Shown one piece after another: positions 20,494-29,606 of a stretch of DNA of 64,000 bases; the first letter of the stretch is position 1; the number at the start of each line of letters is the position of its first letter. This DNA is from an uncultured Prevotellaceae bacterium. Lineage in GTDB: Bacteria > Bacteroidota > Bacteroidia > Bacteroidales > Bacteroidaceae. The DNA lies in NCBI GenBank assembly GCA_946625675.1, contig CAMOTI010000155.1, positions 3,543-67,542 on the forward strand, read 5' to 3'. Position numbers and translations under genes: made by a program. The notes beneath the pieces were generated by a model that had not been told where the DNA came from, made no database searches, and saw nothing but the letters and a program-made list of their open reading frames with translations.

Positions 20494-23133
20494 ATGAAAA
20501 AACAATTACGACTTATTATTTCTCTGGCTCTGCTGGCCTTCTTTGCCACTGGAACCAAAGCTGAGGAGTACGTATGGGACTTCTCTGTCGCTTCCTATGC
20601 GTCTGCATCGGAGGACCAGGTTGCATGGACAAGCGATTATGCCAAACTTGTGGTTGACAAGGCTGAGGCTGGAACGCCTGCCAACAACTATCTGGGTGGC
20701 AGTGTGAATGAGGCTACCGGAAAAACTGTGACCAGTAGCCGGTTTTACACGAACAGTGTGGTGACCATCACACCTGCTGACGGCTATACCGTCACTTCCG
20801 TTGTCTTTGAATGTACAACCGACAACTATGCCAAAGCCCTCAAAGAAAGCACATGGGACAACGCTACTGCTACTATTTCTGAAAAAGTGGTGACTATCAC
20901 ACCCACCGACGGTACCAAGCCTTTCTCTGCTACGATGGGTGGAACCACAGGATCAAGCAAAGTAACCTTGAATTATGTGGCCCCAGGAGGTGTCATTCCT
21001 CCTACACCACCTGTCATCTCACCTGCAACAGGCACATACACTGAGCCGCAGACAGTCACTATCACGGCTGATGAGGGTCTTAAAATCCTTTATTCCCTCG
21101 ACAATGTGACATACAACTATTATTATGGACCTTTCAAAGTTTCTGAAACCACTACTGTTTATGCATGCAGTGAGGATGCAAATGGAAACAAGAGTTCTCA
21201 CGTAGAGAGTACGATCACAATCAAAACTGGCACGGAGGAACCGGTTATTTACTCTGATGAGTTCAAAAATAATAAGGGTGGATTTGAGTTCAGCGACGTG
21301 ACTCTCCCTGAAGGTTTGACGTTTGTGTGGAAAAACAACAATTATGGATGGGTGGCATCTGCTTTCGCGAACAATCAGGCATACGCTGCTGAATCATGGC
21401 TCGTCTCGCCTGCTTTCAAGATCGATGCCGGCAGCCCGGCTACGCTGTCTTTCAGCCACGCATTAAATAAGGGCACGAAAGAAGCCTGCGGACTCTATGT
21501 TTCGGAAGACAAGCAGAACTGGACTGAAATCACCGTGCCTACCTGGCCTGAAGGAACCAACTGGAATTTTATTTCCTCTGGCGACATCGACATGTCAAGC
21601 TATGCAGGAAAGACCATCTATCTTGGTTTCAAATATGCAAGCACAACTTCAAATGCGCCGACATGGGAAATAGAGGAACTGACACTTAAAGGCAAAGGCA
21701 GCTCGGATGTAAACCCTGCAGAGGTGCCGGAATATACTACCATTGCGGCTGCCAAGGCTGCGGCTACCGTCGACCATGTGGATGTTTTGATGAAGCTTAC
21801 AAATGTGACTGTCACCTACGTGAACGGCTCATCGAACTACATCACTGACGGAACCGACGGGTTCCTCCTCTTCGGCTCTTCTCTCGGTCTGAAGACTGGC
21901 GATAATATCGACATCACTGTCACAGGACAGCTCTATCTCTATCACAAGCTGCCTGAACTTGCTGTCTCTAAAGTGGATGAGGTGAAAGTGAACTCGTCAG
22001 ACAATGTGGTGGAGCCGGTTGTGGTTGAGGTTACCGACCTTTTGACCGACTATCTCAAATATTCAAGCATGCTCGTGAAGATTGAATGTACCGGCATCGA
22101 GGAAGAGACCTGGACCGAAAGGCTCGTCACACTTATCCAGGACGGTGAGGAGTGCAAGATGTACGACAACTGGAAAGTGGCCACTGAAATGACCTTTAAG
22201 ACTGACAAGGACTACAACATCACCGGTATTGCCGCTGTACGCGATGAGAACGTGCAGATATATCCGCGTACATCAACCGATATTGAACTGATCACAGAAC
22301 AGGCACTACCGGCTTCCAAATGGATGGACGGAGAAGAGGAGGTTGAGAACATCGAACTCTCGTCTCTTGACGAGGCTTTGGAAGCCAAGTTCGTGACTGA
22401 CTCCGACGGGGAGGTCACCTATGAGTCTTCCGATGAGAGCGTGGCCACTGTTGATGCAGCTGGAAAAATCACATTGGTTGGTCCTGGAAAGTGTGTTATC
22501 ACGGCAAAGACTGCCGAGACCAGCGCATTCCAGGCTTCATCAGCTCAGCTCAACATCAAGGTGATGATTCTTCAGGGTGACGGAACAAAGGAGAACCCGT
22601 ACACCATCGCCGACGTTCAGCTGCTTTACGATGAGACCACACCGTCTGAGCCCGTTTGGGTCACCGGTTATATCGTAGGCTGCGTGAACGGAGCTCTCAG
22701 CAAGCCGGCTTGGACTGCCGACAGCGAGAACATCACGAAGACCAACTTCATCATCTCCGACAACAAAGATGCCGAGAGCGTAGACGAGTGCATCCCGATG
22801 GAGCTGGCAAAGGGCGAGATCCGCGACAACAACAACCTCGTGGATCATCCTGAAAACCTGGGTCAGCAGATGAAGGCGCTTGGCGTCATCACGAAATACT
22901 TCTCCGTATGCGGTATCAAGAGCGTGACCGAGCTCATCATCGGCGAAGAGCAGCAGCCGGAGACGAAGAAGGGCGACGTCAACGAAGACACGAAGGTGGA
23001 TATCTCCGACATCGTGGCTGTCATCAACCAGATTGCCGGCACTGCCACTTACAAGAACGCTGACGTGAACGGTGACGACAAGGTGGATATATCCGACATC
23101 GTGGCCATCATTAACATCATCGCAGGACAATAA
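20494..23133 (+). CDS. multi-domain secreted surface protein (Fn3/CHB_HEX_C-like, MAM/choice-of-anchor-J-like, OB-like, Big_2-like, shared C-terminal module, dockerin-like tail)
   Basis: Signal peptide. Domain hints: PPVISPATGTYTEPQTVTI; WLVSPAFKI...TWEIEELTL; ITGIAAVRDENVQIYPRTSTDIEL; SSDESVATVDAAGKITLVGPGKCVITA. The module ...GVITKYFSVCGIKS is present. The tail carries two DVNxDxKVDISDIVAxIN repeats. Confidence 0.6.
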   Translation: MKKQLRLIISLALLAFFATGTKAEEYVWDFSVASYASASEDQVAWTSDYAKLVVDKAEAGTPANNYLGGSVNEATGKTVTSSRFYTNSVVTITPADGYTVTSVVFECTTDNYAKALKESTWDNATATISEKVVTITPTDGTKPFSATMGGTTGSSKVTLNYVAPGGVIPPTPPVISPATGTYTEPQTVTITADEGLKILYSLDNVTYNYYYGPFKVSETTTVYACSEDANGNKSSHVESTITIKTGTEEPVIYSDEFKNNKGGFEFSDVTLPEGLTFVWKNNNYGWVASAFANNQAYAAESWLVSPAFKIDAGSPATLSFSHALNKGTKEACGLYVSEDKQNWTEITVPTWPEGTNWNFISSGDIDMSSYAGKTIYLGFKYASTTSNAPTWEIEELTLKGKGSSDVNPAEVPEYTTIAAAKAAATVDHVDVLMKLTNVTVTYVNGSSNYITDGTDGFLLFGSSLGLKTGDNIDITVTGQLYLYHKLPELAVSKVDEVKVNSSDNVVEPVVVEVTDLLTDYLKYSSMLVKIECTGIEEETWTERLVTLIQDGEECKMYDNWKVATEMTFKTDKDYNITGIAAVRDENVQIYPRTSTDIELITEQALPASKWMDGEEEVENIELSSLDEALEAKFVTDSDGEVTYESSDESVATVDAAGKITLVGPGKCVITAKTAETSAFQASSAQLNIKVMILQGDGTKENPYTIADVQLLYDETTPSEPVWVTGYIVGCVNGALSKPAWTADSENITKTNFIISDNKDAESVDECIPMELAKGEIRDNNNLVDHPENLGQQMKALGVITKYFSVCGIKSVTELIIGEEQQPETKKGDVNEDTKVDISDIVAVINQIAGTATYKNADVNGDDKVDISDIVAIINIIAGQ

Positions 23134-23157
23134 TCTGAAATAAAAACTAACACAAAA

Positions 23158-23187
23158 AAGGGATGCACCTGTTTGGGTGCATCCCTT
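23158..23187. terminator. bidirectional terminator between the 879-aa surface protein gene (+) and clpB (-)
   Basis: 12-bp stem AAGGGATGCACC / GGTGCATCCCTT with a 6-nt loop. It is flanked by an A-run on the 5' side and T-rich sequence on the 3' side. Confidence 0.8.
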
Positions 23188-23265
23188 TACTGTTGTTTTT
23201 TGTCTGTCTTATGCGGTTGGTCTGATCCGGCAGTGTCCCTGCCGTCTCGTCTTCAGTCGTCTCGC

Positions 23266-25932
23266 TTAATTCCTGAACACCAGTCCTTCAGACTCGGCGT
23301 CCACCACGATTTCGTGCTCGCGGTCCACCTCGCCGGACAGGATCTTCTTCGACAGGTCGTTGAGCAGGTAGCGCTGGATGGCCCGCTTCACCGGCCTTGC
23401 GCCAAATTCAGGGTCGAAACCAGCCTTGCCCAGGAACTTGATGGCGGCATCGGTCAGTCGCATCTTGATGCCGTTCTCCGAGAGCATTCGTGCCACGCCG
23501 TCCACCTGCATCCTGACGATGTCGCTGATCTGCTGCTCGTTCAGCGGGGTGAACATGATGATTTCGTCGATTCGGTTCAGAAACTCCGGACGGATCTGCT
23601 GCTTCAGCATCGTCAGCACCTCTTTTTTGGTCGACTCCATCAGCTCGTCGCGTTTGGTGCGGAGTGTCTGTTCGCTGGCAGCTCCCGACTTCTCCAGATT
23701 GTATAGTCCTTCGAAACGCTCCTGAATCAAGTGGCTGCCCATATTCGAAGTCATGATGATGATCGTGTTCTTGAAGTTCACCGTACGTCCCTTGTTGTCG
23801 GTCAGACGTCCGTCGTCGAGCACCTGAAGCAAGATGTTGAACACGTCTGGGTGGGCTTTCTCGATCTCGTCGAACAGGATGACAGAGTAGGGCTTACGCC
23901 TTACGGCCTCGGTCAGCTGTCCGCCTTCGTCATACCCCACGTATCCAGGAGGGGCTCCGATAAGCCGGCTGACGCTGTGCTTCTCCTGATACTCGCTCAT
24001 GTCGATACGTGTCATCATGCTGTCGTCGTCGAAGAGGTAGTTGGCCAGTGCCTTCGCCAGCTCCGTCTTTCCCACACCGGTGGTGCCGAGGAAGATGAAC
24101 GACCCGATCGGCCGCTTAGGGTCTTGCAGTCCGGCACGGCTACGTCGTACGGCGTCGCTCACGGCGAGGATGGCCTCGTCCTGACCTACCACGCGCTTAT
24201 GCAGCTCTTCTTCCAGGTGGAGCAGCTTCTCGCGCTCGCTCTGCTGCATCTTCGTCACCGGGATGCCGGTCCAGCGGCTCACAATCTCGGCGATGTCGTC
24301 GCTCGTCACCTCTTCCTTCACCATCGCGTCGCCGCTCTGCGTGCGGGTCAGCTCATCGTGGATGGACTGGTTCTGAGCCTCCAGCGACTGGATTTTTCCG
24401 TAGCGGATCTCTGCCACCTTGCCGTAGTCGCCTTCGCGCTCGGCACGGTCGGCCTCGAATTTCAGCCGCTCAATCTCCTGCTTGTTGTGCTGGATCTTGT
24501 TGAGCAGCGACCGCTCAGCCTCCCATTTCGACTTGTATTGCTTCTCCTCTTCCTTGAGGTTGGCTATCTTCTCTTCCACGTCCTTCAGACGCTGGCTTGC
24601 GCCCTTGTCCTTGTCGGTGGATGCTCCTGCCGCGCTGTCAACGTCGCGCTTGATGGCCTCACGCTCGATTTCCAGCTGTTTCAGCTGACGGCTGATGTTG
24701 TCAAGCTCCTCTGGCACAGAGTCGCGCTCCATCCTCAGCTTGGCGGCGGCCTCGTCCATCAGGTCGATGGCCTTGTCTGGCAGGAATCGGTCGGTGATGT
24801 AGCGGTTCGACAGCTCCACCGCGCTGATGATGGCCTCGTCCTTGATACGCACCTTGTGATGGTTCTCGTACCTTTCCTTCAAGCCTCGCAGGATGCTGAT
24901 GGAATCTACCACGTCCGGCTCATCCACCATCACGGTCTGGAACCTTCGCTCCAGCGCCTTGTCCTTCTCAAAGTATTTCTGGTACTCATCGAGGGTGGTG
25001 GCGCCTATGCTGCGCAGCTCTCCTCGGGCCAGTGCCGGTTTCAGGATGTTGGCGGCGTCCATGGCACCCTCGCTCTTGCCGGCTCCCACCAGCGTGTGGA
25101 TTTCGTCGATGAAGAGGATGATGTTGCCTTCGCTCTTCACCACTTCGTTCACCACGCTCTTCAGACGCTCCTCAAACTCGCCCTTGTACTTTGCGCCGGC
25201 AATCAGCGCGCCCATGTCGAGCGAATAGAGCTGCTTGTCTTTCAGGTTCTCTGGAACGTCGCCACGCAGGATCCTGTGGGCCAGGCCCTCCACGATGGCG
25301 GTCTTACCAGTACCTGGCTCACCAATCAGGATCGGGTTGTTCTTCGTTCGACGGCTCAATATCTGAAGCACACGGCGGATTTCCTCGTCACGGCCGATGA
25401 CCGGGTCCAGCTTGCCGCTCCTGGCTGCGTCTATCAAGTTGATGGCGTATTTCGACAGGCTCTGGTAGGTGTCCTCGCTGCTCTGGCTCTGCACTTTCTG
25501 GCCGTTACGCAGCTCGAAGATGGCCTGCTTCAGTGCCTTCTCGCTCACGCCCATGCCTTTCATCATCTTCGACACGCTTGTGTCGACCAAGAATAAGGCA
25601 AGCAGCATGGCCTCGAGCGACACGTACTCGTCGCCCAACTCTTTCGACAGGGTGATGCTCCGTTGCAGCACATCGTTGGTCTCACGGCTTAGATAGGGTT
25701 CGCCGCCGCTCACTTTCGGGAACGACTGCGACTCGCGCAGGATAATATCGGAGAAAGCCTGGGAGTTGATGCCCAGCTTGCTGAACAGGAAGTTCGTGAC
25801 GTTCTCGCCGACGGTCAGGATTCCGCTCATCAGGTGGGCGGGCTCAACGCTCTGCTGGCCGTTGCGCTCCACCAAATTGATGGCTTCTTGAAGGGCTTCC
25901 TGTGATTTGATTGTGAAATTCTTAAAGTTCAT
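23266..25932 (-). CDS. clpB: ATP-dependent chaperone ClpB
   Basis: 888 aa with two AAA+ modules ([15 protein letters not shown] and [15 protein letters not shown]), a middle coiled coil and a Clp N-domain. Confidence 0.97.
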   Translation of the reverse strand: MNFKNFTIKSQEALQEAINLVERNGQQSVEPAHLMSGILTVGENVTNFLFSKLGINSQAFSDIILRESQSFPKVSGGEPYLSRETNDVLQRSITLSKELGDEYVSLEAMLLALFLVDTSVSKMMKGMGVSEKALKQAIFELRNGQKVQSQSSEDTYQSLSKYAINLIDAARSGKLDPVIGRDEEIRRVLQILSRRTKNNPILIGEPGTGKTAIVEGLAHRILRGDVPENLKDKQLYSLDMGALIAGAKYKGEFEERLKSVVNEVVKSEGNIILFIDEIHTLVGAGKSEGAMDAANILKPALARGELRSIGATTLDEYQKYFEKDKALERRFQTVMVDEPDVVDSISILRGLKERYENHHKVRIKDEAIISAVELSNRYITDRFLPDKAIDLMDEAAAKLRMERDSVPEELDNISRQLKQLEIEREAIKRDVDSAAGASTDKDKGASQRLKDVEEKIANLKEEEKQYKSKWEAERSLLNKIQHNKQEIERLKFEADRAEREGDYGKVAEIRYGKIQSLEAQNQSIHDELTRTQSGDAMVKEEVTSDDIAEIVSRWTGIPVTKMQQSEREKLLHLEEELHKRVVGQDEAILAVSDAVRRSRAGLQDPKRPIGSFIFLGTTGVGKTELAKALANYLFDDDSMMTRIDMSEYQEKHSVSRLIGAPPGYVGYDEGGQLTEAVRRKPYSVILFDEIEKAHPDVFNILLQVLDDGRLTDNKGRTVNFKNTIIIMTSNMGSHLIQERFEGLYNLEKSGAASEQTLRTKRDELMESTKKEVLTMLKQQIRPEFLNRIDEIIMFTPLNEQQISDIVRMQVDGVARMLSENGIKMRLTDAAIKFLGKAGFDPEFGARPVKRAIQRYLLNDLSKKILSGEVDREHEIVVDAESEGLVFRN

Positions 25933-26063
25933 AATGTTTCCTCCATTTCTTTTTTTAGTTTCTGACTTCTTTCCATCAAGATTTGTTCCTTTATGTTATA
26001 AATGTCATTTTGGCATTATTTTTCTGTCAAATTGACTGCTTCTCTCGGGGCAGTTTTTATGGT

Positions 26064-26117
26064 TGTCCTAGTTATCATAGTCTCCCTAGTCTCCTTAGTT
26101 TTCCTAGTTATCCTAGT
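26064..26117. repeat. degenerate 9-bp word array (TCCTAGTYW), 6 units, in the divergent clpB / polysaccharide-locus region
   Basis: tgtcctagt|tatcatagt|ctccctagt|ctccttagt|tttcctagt|tatcctagt. Confidence 0.88.
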
Positions 26118-26198
26118 CTGACGATATAAAAATCCAATCTTTTGTCTGCTTGCTTTCACTTTTAACTGATTCGTTTCTTTTTTCTCGCTTTTTTTCCG

Positions 26199-26206
26199 TA
26201 ACTTTG
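26199..26206 (+). promoter_or_regulatory. Bacteroidetes -7 promoter box TAACTTTG upstream of the polysaccharide locus
   Basis: Exact TAnnTTTG match, 109 nt upstream of the ATG at 26315. I saw no clean -33 TTTG. Confidence 0.5.
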
Positions 26207-26314
26207 CAAAGTTTTTGCGTGGACTGTACACGCGACTTAAACTATCTTAGCTTTTTTAGGTTTTTTTACAATAAAAAATGTTAACATACGTTATTATTGT
26301 AAAAGAATAGGAAA

Positions 26315-26977
26315 ATGATGACAAATACGACTGCAATTACAATGAATATAGATAAGAGAGAAGAGACCATTGACACCATCGACAACATGAACGCCTTGCA
26401 AAGAGGACTAAAGCGTTTCGGAGACGTTTTTTTCTCTTTATTCGGCCTTATATGTCTCTCACCGGTGTTCCTCGTCATCTACATCATTCAGAAATTCACA
26501 TCCGAAGGACCTGCCATCTTCTCGCAGGAACGGATAGGTTACAAGGGTAAGCCCTTCAAAATCTACAAGTTCCGGTCGATGATTGTGGCGGCTGAGGAAA
26601 ACGGGCCGGAACTGGCATGCAAGGAAGACAGCCGACTCACCAAATTCGGCAAATTCCTGCGCGAGCACCATCTCGACGAGCTTCCTCAGCTCTGGAACGT
26701 ACTCATAGGCGACATGTCTTTCGTGGGATACAGGCCCGAACGGAAGTTCTACATTGACCAAATCATGCAGCACAACCCTGACTATCAGCTGCTCTACTGC
26801 AGCAGGCCGGGCGTCACATCTTATGCCACCATCTACAACGGATACACCGACACGATGGAAAAGATGCTCAAACGACTTGACTACGACCTTGAATATCTCC
26901 GCACGCGGACAATCATGCTGGACTTCAAAATCATCTTCAAGACCGTCTTCTCCATCGGTAAAGGTGACAAGATTTAA
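26315..26977 (+). CDS. undecaprenyl-phosphate sugar phosphotransferase (bacterial sugar transferase family); initiating enzyme
   Basis: Motifs PFKIYKFRSM and DELPQLWNVLIGDMSFVGYRPE, with a single N-terminal TM segment. The true start may be one of the later in-frame Met codons. Confidence 0.9.
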   Translation: MMTNTTAITMNIDKREETIDTIDNMNALQRGLKRFGDVFFSLFGLICLSPVFLVIYIIQKFTSEGPAIFSQERIGYKGKPFKIYKFRSMIVAAEENGPELACKEDSRLTKFGKFLREHHLDELPQLWNVLIGDMSFVGYRPERKFYIDQIMQHNPDYQLLYCSRPGVTSYATIYNGYTDTMEKMLKRLDYDLEYLRTRTIMLDFKIIFKTVFSIGKGDKI

Positions 26978-27007
26978 GGTATTTGACAATATTCAGACTG
27001 ACAAGTA

Positions 27008-27033
27008 GTAGAGACGCGCCGTGGTGCGTCTTC
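27008..27033 (+). repeat. GTAGAGAC-hairpin family, copy 2
   Basis: gtagagacgcgccgtggtgcgtcttc. It lies 30 nt after the sugar transferase stop. Confidence 0.75.
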
Positions 27034-27076
27034 ATACGTTTAAAAAATCATCAAAAAATACATCAAATTCAACAAT

Positions 27077-29587
27077 ATGAATTCCTTGTACAAGAAATTA
27101 TTTATTCTCATTGCGTTCTTATCGCTCGGCATCCAGGCGTTCGCACAGGTGGGCATGTCCGACGAGCAGCTCATCCAATTCTTGATTGAGCAGAAAAACG
27201 CAGGTGTGTCCGAAAGCCAGCTTGTGCCTAAGCTGCTTGAGAGAGGTGTGAGGATTGAGCAAATCCAGCGAGTCCGCCAGATGTATGAACGACAGAAGAA
27301 CGGGGTCGGCGCAGTAAACGGAACCAACGGACCACAGGCACAGGCAGACCAGCGACAGCGCGGACTGAACCGCGCCGACGACAATAACTTCGTGCAGCCC
27401 AACAATGTCACATCGGAGGAGACGGTGCAAGACGAACTCTCTTTTATGGACATGGACTCCCTCGTGAGGGTAGAAAGACTGAAGAAGGAATTCCAGCAGA
27501 ACCAGATTTTCGGACATAATATCTTCAATAACAAGAATCTTACTTTCGAACCTAGCCAGAATATGCCCACGCCGTCGAACTACCGTATCGGAGCAGGCGA
27601 CAAGGTGTTCGTTGATGTGTGGGGCGCGTCCCAGAAGACCTTCGAGGGAACTGTCTCGCCCGACGGTACCATCACCATCGAAAATGTGGGGCCAGTGAAG
27701 CTGGCTGGACTGACAGTCCGTGAAGCCACGAAGAAGCTGCGCGGTGTGCTCGGACGCTACTATTCATCATCGCAAATCAGCCTCACCCTGGGTGAGACTC
27801 GTTCCATTCAGGTGCAGGTGATGGGTGAGGTCAAAATACCAGGAACATACACGCTCAGCGCGCTCTCCACTGCATTCAACGCACTCTACGCTGCGGGCGG
27901 AATCGGTGAACTCGGTACACTGCGCGATATCAAGGTGATGAGAGGTGGACGACAAATCGCCACCATCGACATCTACGACTTCATTCTCAACGGAGTGCTT
28001 TCGGGCAACGTCCGACTGCAGGACAACGACGTCATCGTAGTAGGCTCATACAAGACGCTTGTCTGCCTTCGTGGAAAGGTGAAACGACCCATGTACTACG
28101 AGATGCGTAAAAACGAGACACTCTCCATGCTCATCGACTATGCGGGAGGTTTCGCAGGCGACGCCTACCGTAAGAACGTGCGACTCATACGTCCAACCGA
28201 CAAGGAATACGCCATCTACAATGTCGACGAGTTCGACATGCCCAGCTTCACCATGCAGGACGGCGACTCGGTTTACGTCGACAGTGTGTTGCAGCGATAC
28301 TCCAATATGGCCGAACTGAAAGGGGCCGTCATGTATCCGGGTAACTACCAAATCAACGGCACCGCATATACCCTCCGCGGCCTCATCGAGGCGGCCAGCG
28401 GACTACGTGAGGACGCTTATGCAGAACGGGTGGTCATCTACCGACAGAAGGAAGACCTCACCACCGAGGCTATTTCAGTCAACCTGAAGAACGTGCTCAG
28501 CGGAGTGGATCCCGACGTGCCACTGAAGAAGAACGACAAAATCGTCGTACAGAGCAAATTGGAACTTATAGGAAGACAGACCATCGAGATTCTCGGAGAG
28601 GTGAACTTCCCAGGTGAATACCTGTATGCCGACAATATGTCCATACGTGATGTCATACTGCAGGCTGGAGGTACAACCGATGCGGCCTCACATGCACGTG
28701 TGGATGTCTACCGCCGTGTCACCAATAAGAACGCCATGCAGGCAACTGACACCATCGCACAGGTGTTCAACCTCGACATGACTGACGGACTCTCGGGAAA
28801 GGACGGAGGATTCGTGCTGCAACCCAACGACAAGGTGATGGTACGTAAGAGCCCTGACTATATGGAGCAGCAGACCGTCACTGTCAAGGGGTGTGTCAAC
28901 TTCGAGGGTACGTTCGCCATGGAGTCCAACAACTACAAACTCACCGACATCATTGCGGCTGCGGGTGGACTCACCGATGTGGGATATGCCAAAGGTGCCA
29001 GACTTGAAAGACGACTCACATACGAAGAACGTAAACAGCGACAGACCGCCCTGCGTGCACAGCAAATCGCACTCTACGAAGAGAGCATGACCAACACGGA
29101 CAAGAACTACGACATGAGCCGTGCGGACTCGCTGCTTACCATGAAGCTCGGACTCGGAAACACTTACTATGTGGCTATCGACCTCGATGCGGCTATGAAG
29201 AATCCGAATGGACCAGACAATATCGTACTCAGAAACGGAGACGTGCTTACTATTCCGCAATATTCAAGTACCGTCAAAATCAGTGGTGACGTCATGTATC
29301 CGTCGTCCATCAACTTCAAGGAGGGAGAGACCCTCTCTTACTACATCGACCGTGCGGGAGGTTACGGAGAAAGCGCCAAGAAGCGAAAGACTTACATCAT
29401 CTATCAGAACGGCTCCGTGCAGATGGCCAAGCGACACTACAAGAAAGCCATACAGCCGGGATGCGAAATCGTCGTCCCGTCGAAGAACAACCCGAACAAG
29501 ATGACCATACAGGAGTCTTTGTCTATTGGTACGACATCAGCTTCCATCGCCACGATGATGGTCTCCATTGCCAATATGCTTAAGTAA
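27077..29587 (+). CDS. polysaccharide export protein (Wza-like, Poly_export plus multiple SLBB repeats)
   Basis: 836 aa with a signal peptide. NYRIGAGDKVFVDVWG motif, followed by repeated soluble-ligand-binding beta-grasp-like units. Confidence 0.85.
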   Translation: MNSLYKKLFILIAFLSLGIQAFAQVGMSDEQLIQFLIEQKNAGVSESQLVPKLLERGVRIEQIQRVRQMYERQKNGVGAVNGTNGPQAQADQRQRGLNRADDNNFVQPNNVTSEETVQDELSFMDMDSLVRVERLKKEFQQNQIFGHNIFNNKNLTFEPSQNMPTPSNYRIGAGDKVFVDVWGASQKTFEGTVSPDGTITIENVGPVKLAGLTVREATKKLRGVLGRYYSSSQISLTLGETRSIQVQVMGEVKIPGTYTLSALSTAFNALYAAGGIGELGTLRDIKVMRGGRQIATIDIYDFILNGVLSGNVRLQDNDVIVVGSYKTLVCLRGKVKRPMYYEMRKNETLSMLIDYAGGFAGDAYRKNVRLIRPTDKEYAIYNVDEFDMPSFTMQDGDSVYVDSVLQRYSNMAELKGAVMYPGNYQINGTAYTLRGLIEAASGLREDAYAERVVIYRQKEDLTTEAISVNLKNVLSGVDPDVPLKKNDKIVVQSKLELIGRQTIEILGEVNFPGEYLYADNMSIRDVILQAGGTTDAASHARVDVYRRVTNKNAMQATDTIAQVFNLDMTDGLSGKDGGFVLQPNDKVMVRKSPDYMEQQTVTVKGCVNFEGTFAMESNNYKLTDIIAAAGGLTDVGYAKGARLERRLTYEERKQRQTALRAQQIALYEESMTNTDKNYDMSRADSLLTMKLGLGNTYYVAIDLDAAMKNPNGPDNIVLRNGDVLTIPQYSSTVKISGDVMYPSSINFKEGETLSYYIDRAGGYGESAKKRKTYIIYQNGSVQMAKRHYKKAIQPGCEIVVPSKNNPNKMTIQESLSIGTTSASIATMMVSIANMLK

Positions 29588-29606
29588 CTCAAACGGACTG
29601 AAAAAA

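Noticed and set aside
22969-23130. Interpreting the dockerin-like tail as evidence for a cellulosome
   Set aside because: The window has no cohesin or scaffoldin and no glycoside hydrolase partner. The rest of the protein and the locus point to nucleic-acid handling rather than plant cell-wall handling.
23731-25596. Long antisense ORFs: 621 aa opposite clpB; also 42156-43544 opposite wzi, 7337-8356, 59337-60572, 39924-40604, 44772-45782 and 56612-57268
   Set aside because: These are shadow frames of well-supported genes on the other strand. Their composition is dominated by V/L/G/H/A/R runs with no recognisable motifs. This is typical of the mirror frame of GC3-rich genes.
25933-26314. An invertible (phase-variable) promoter upstream of the polysaccharide locus, as in Bacteroides capsule loci
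   Set aside because: I looked for flanking inverted repeats around the TAACTTTG box and found only the direct 9-bp array. There is no nearby recombinase gene. The evidence does not support a call.
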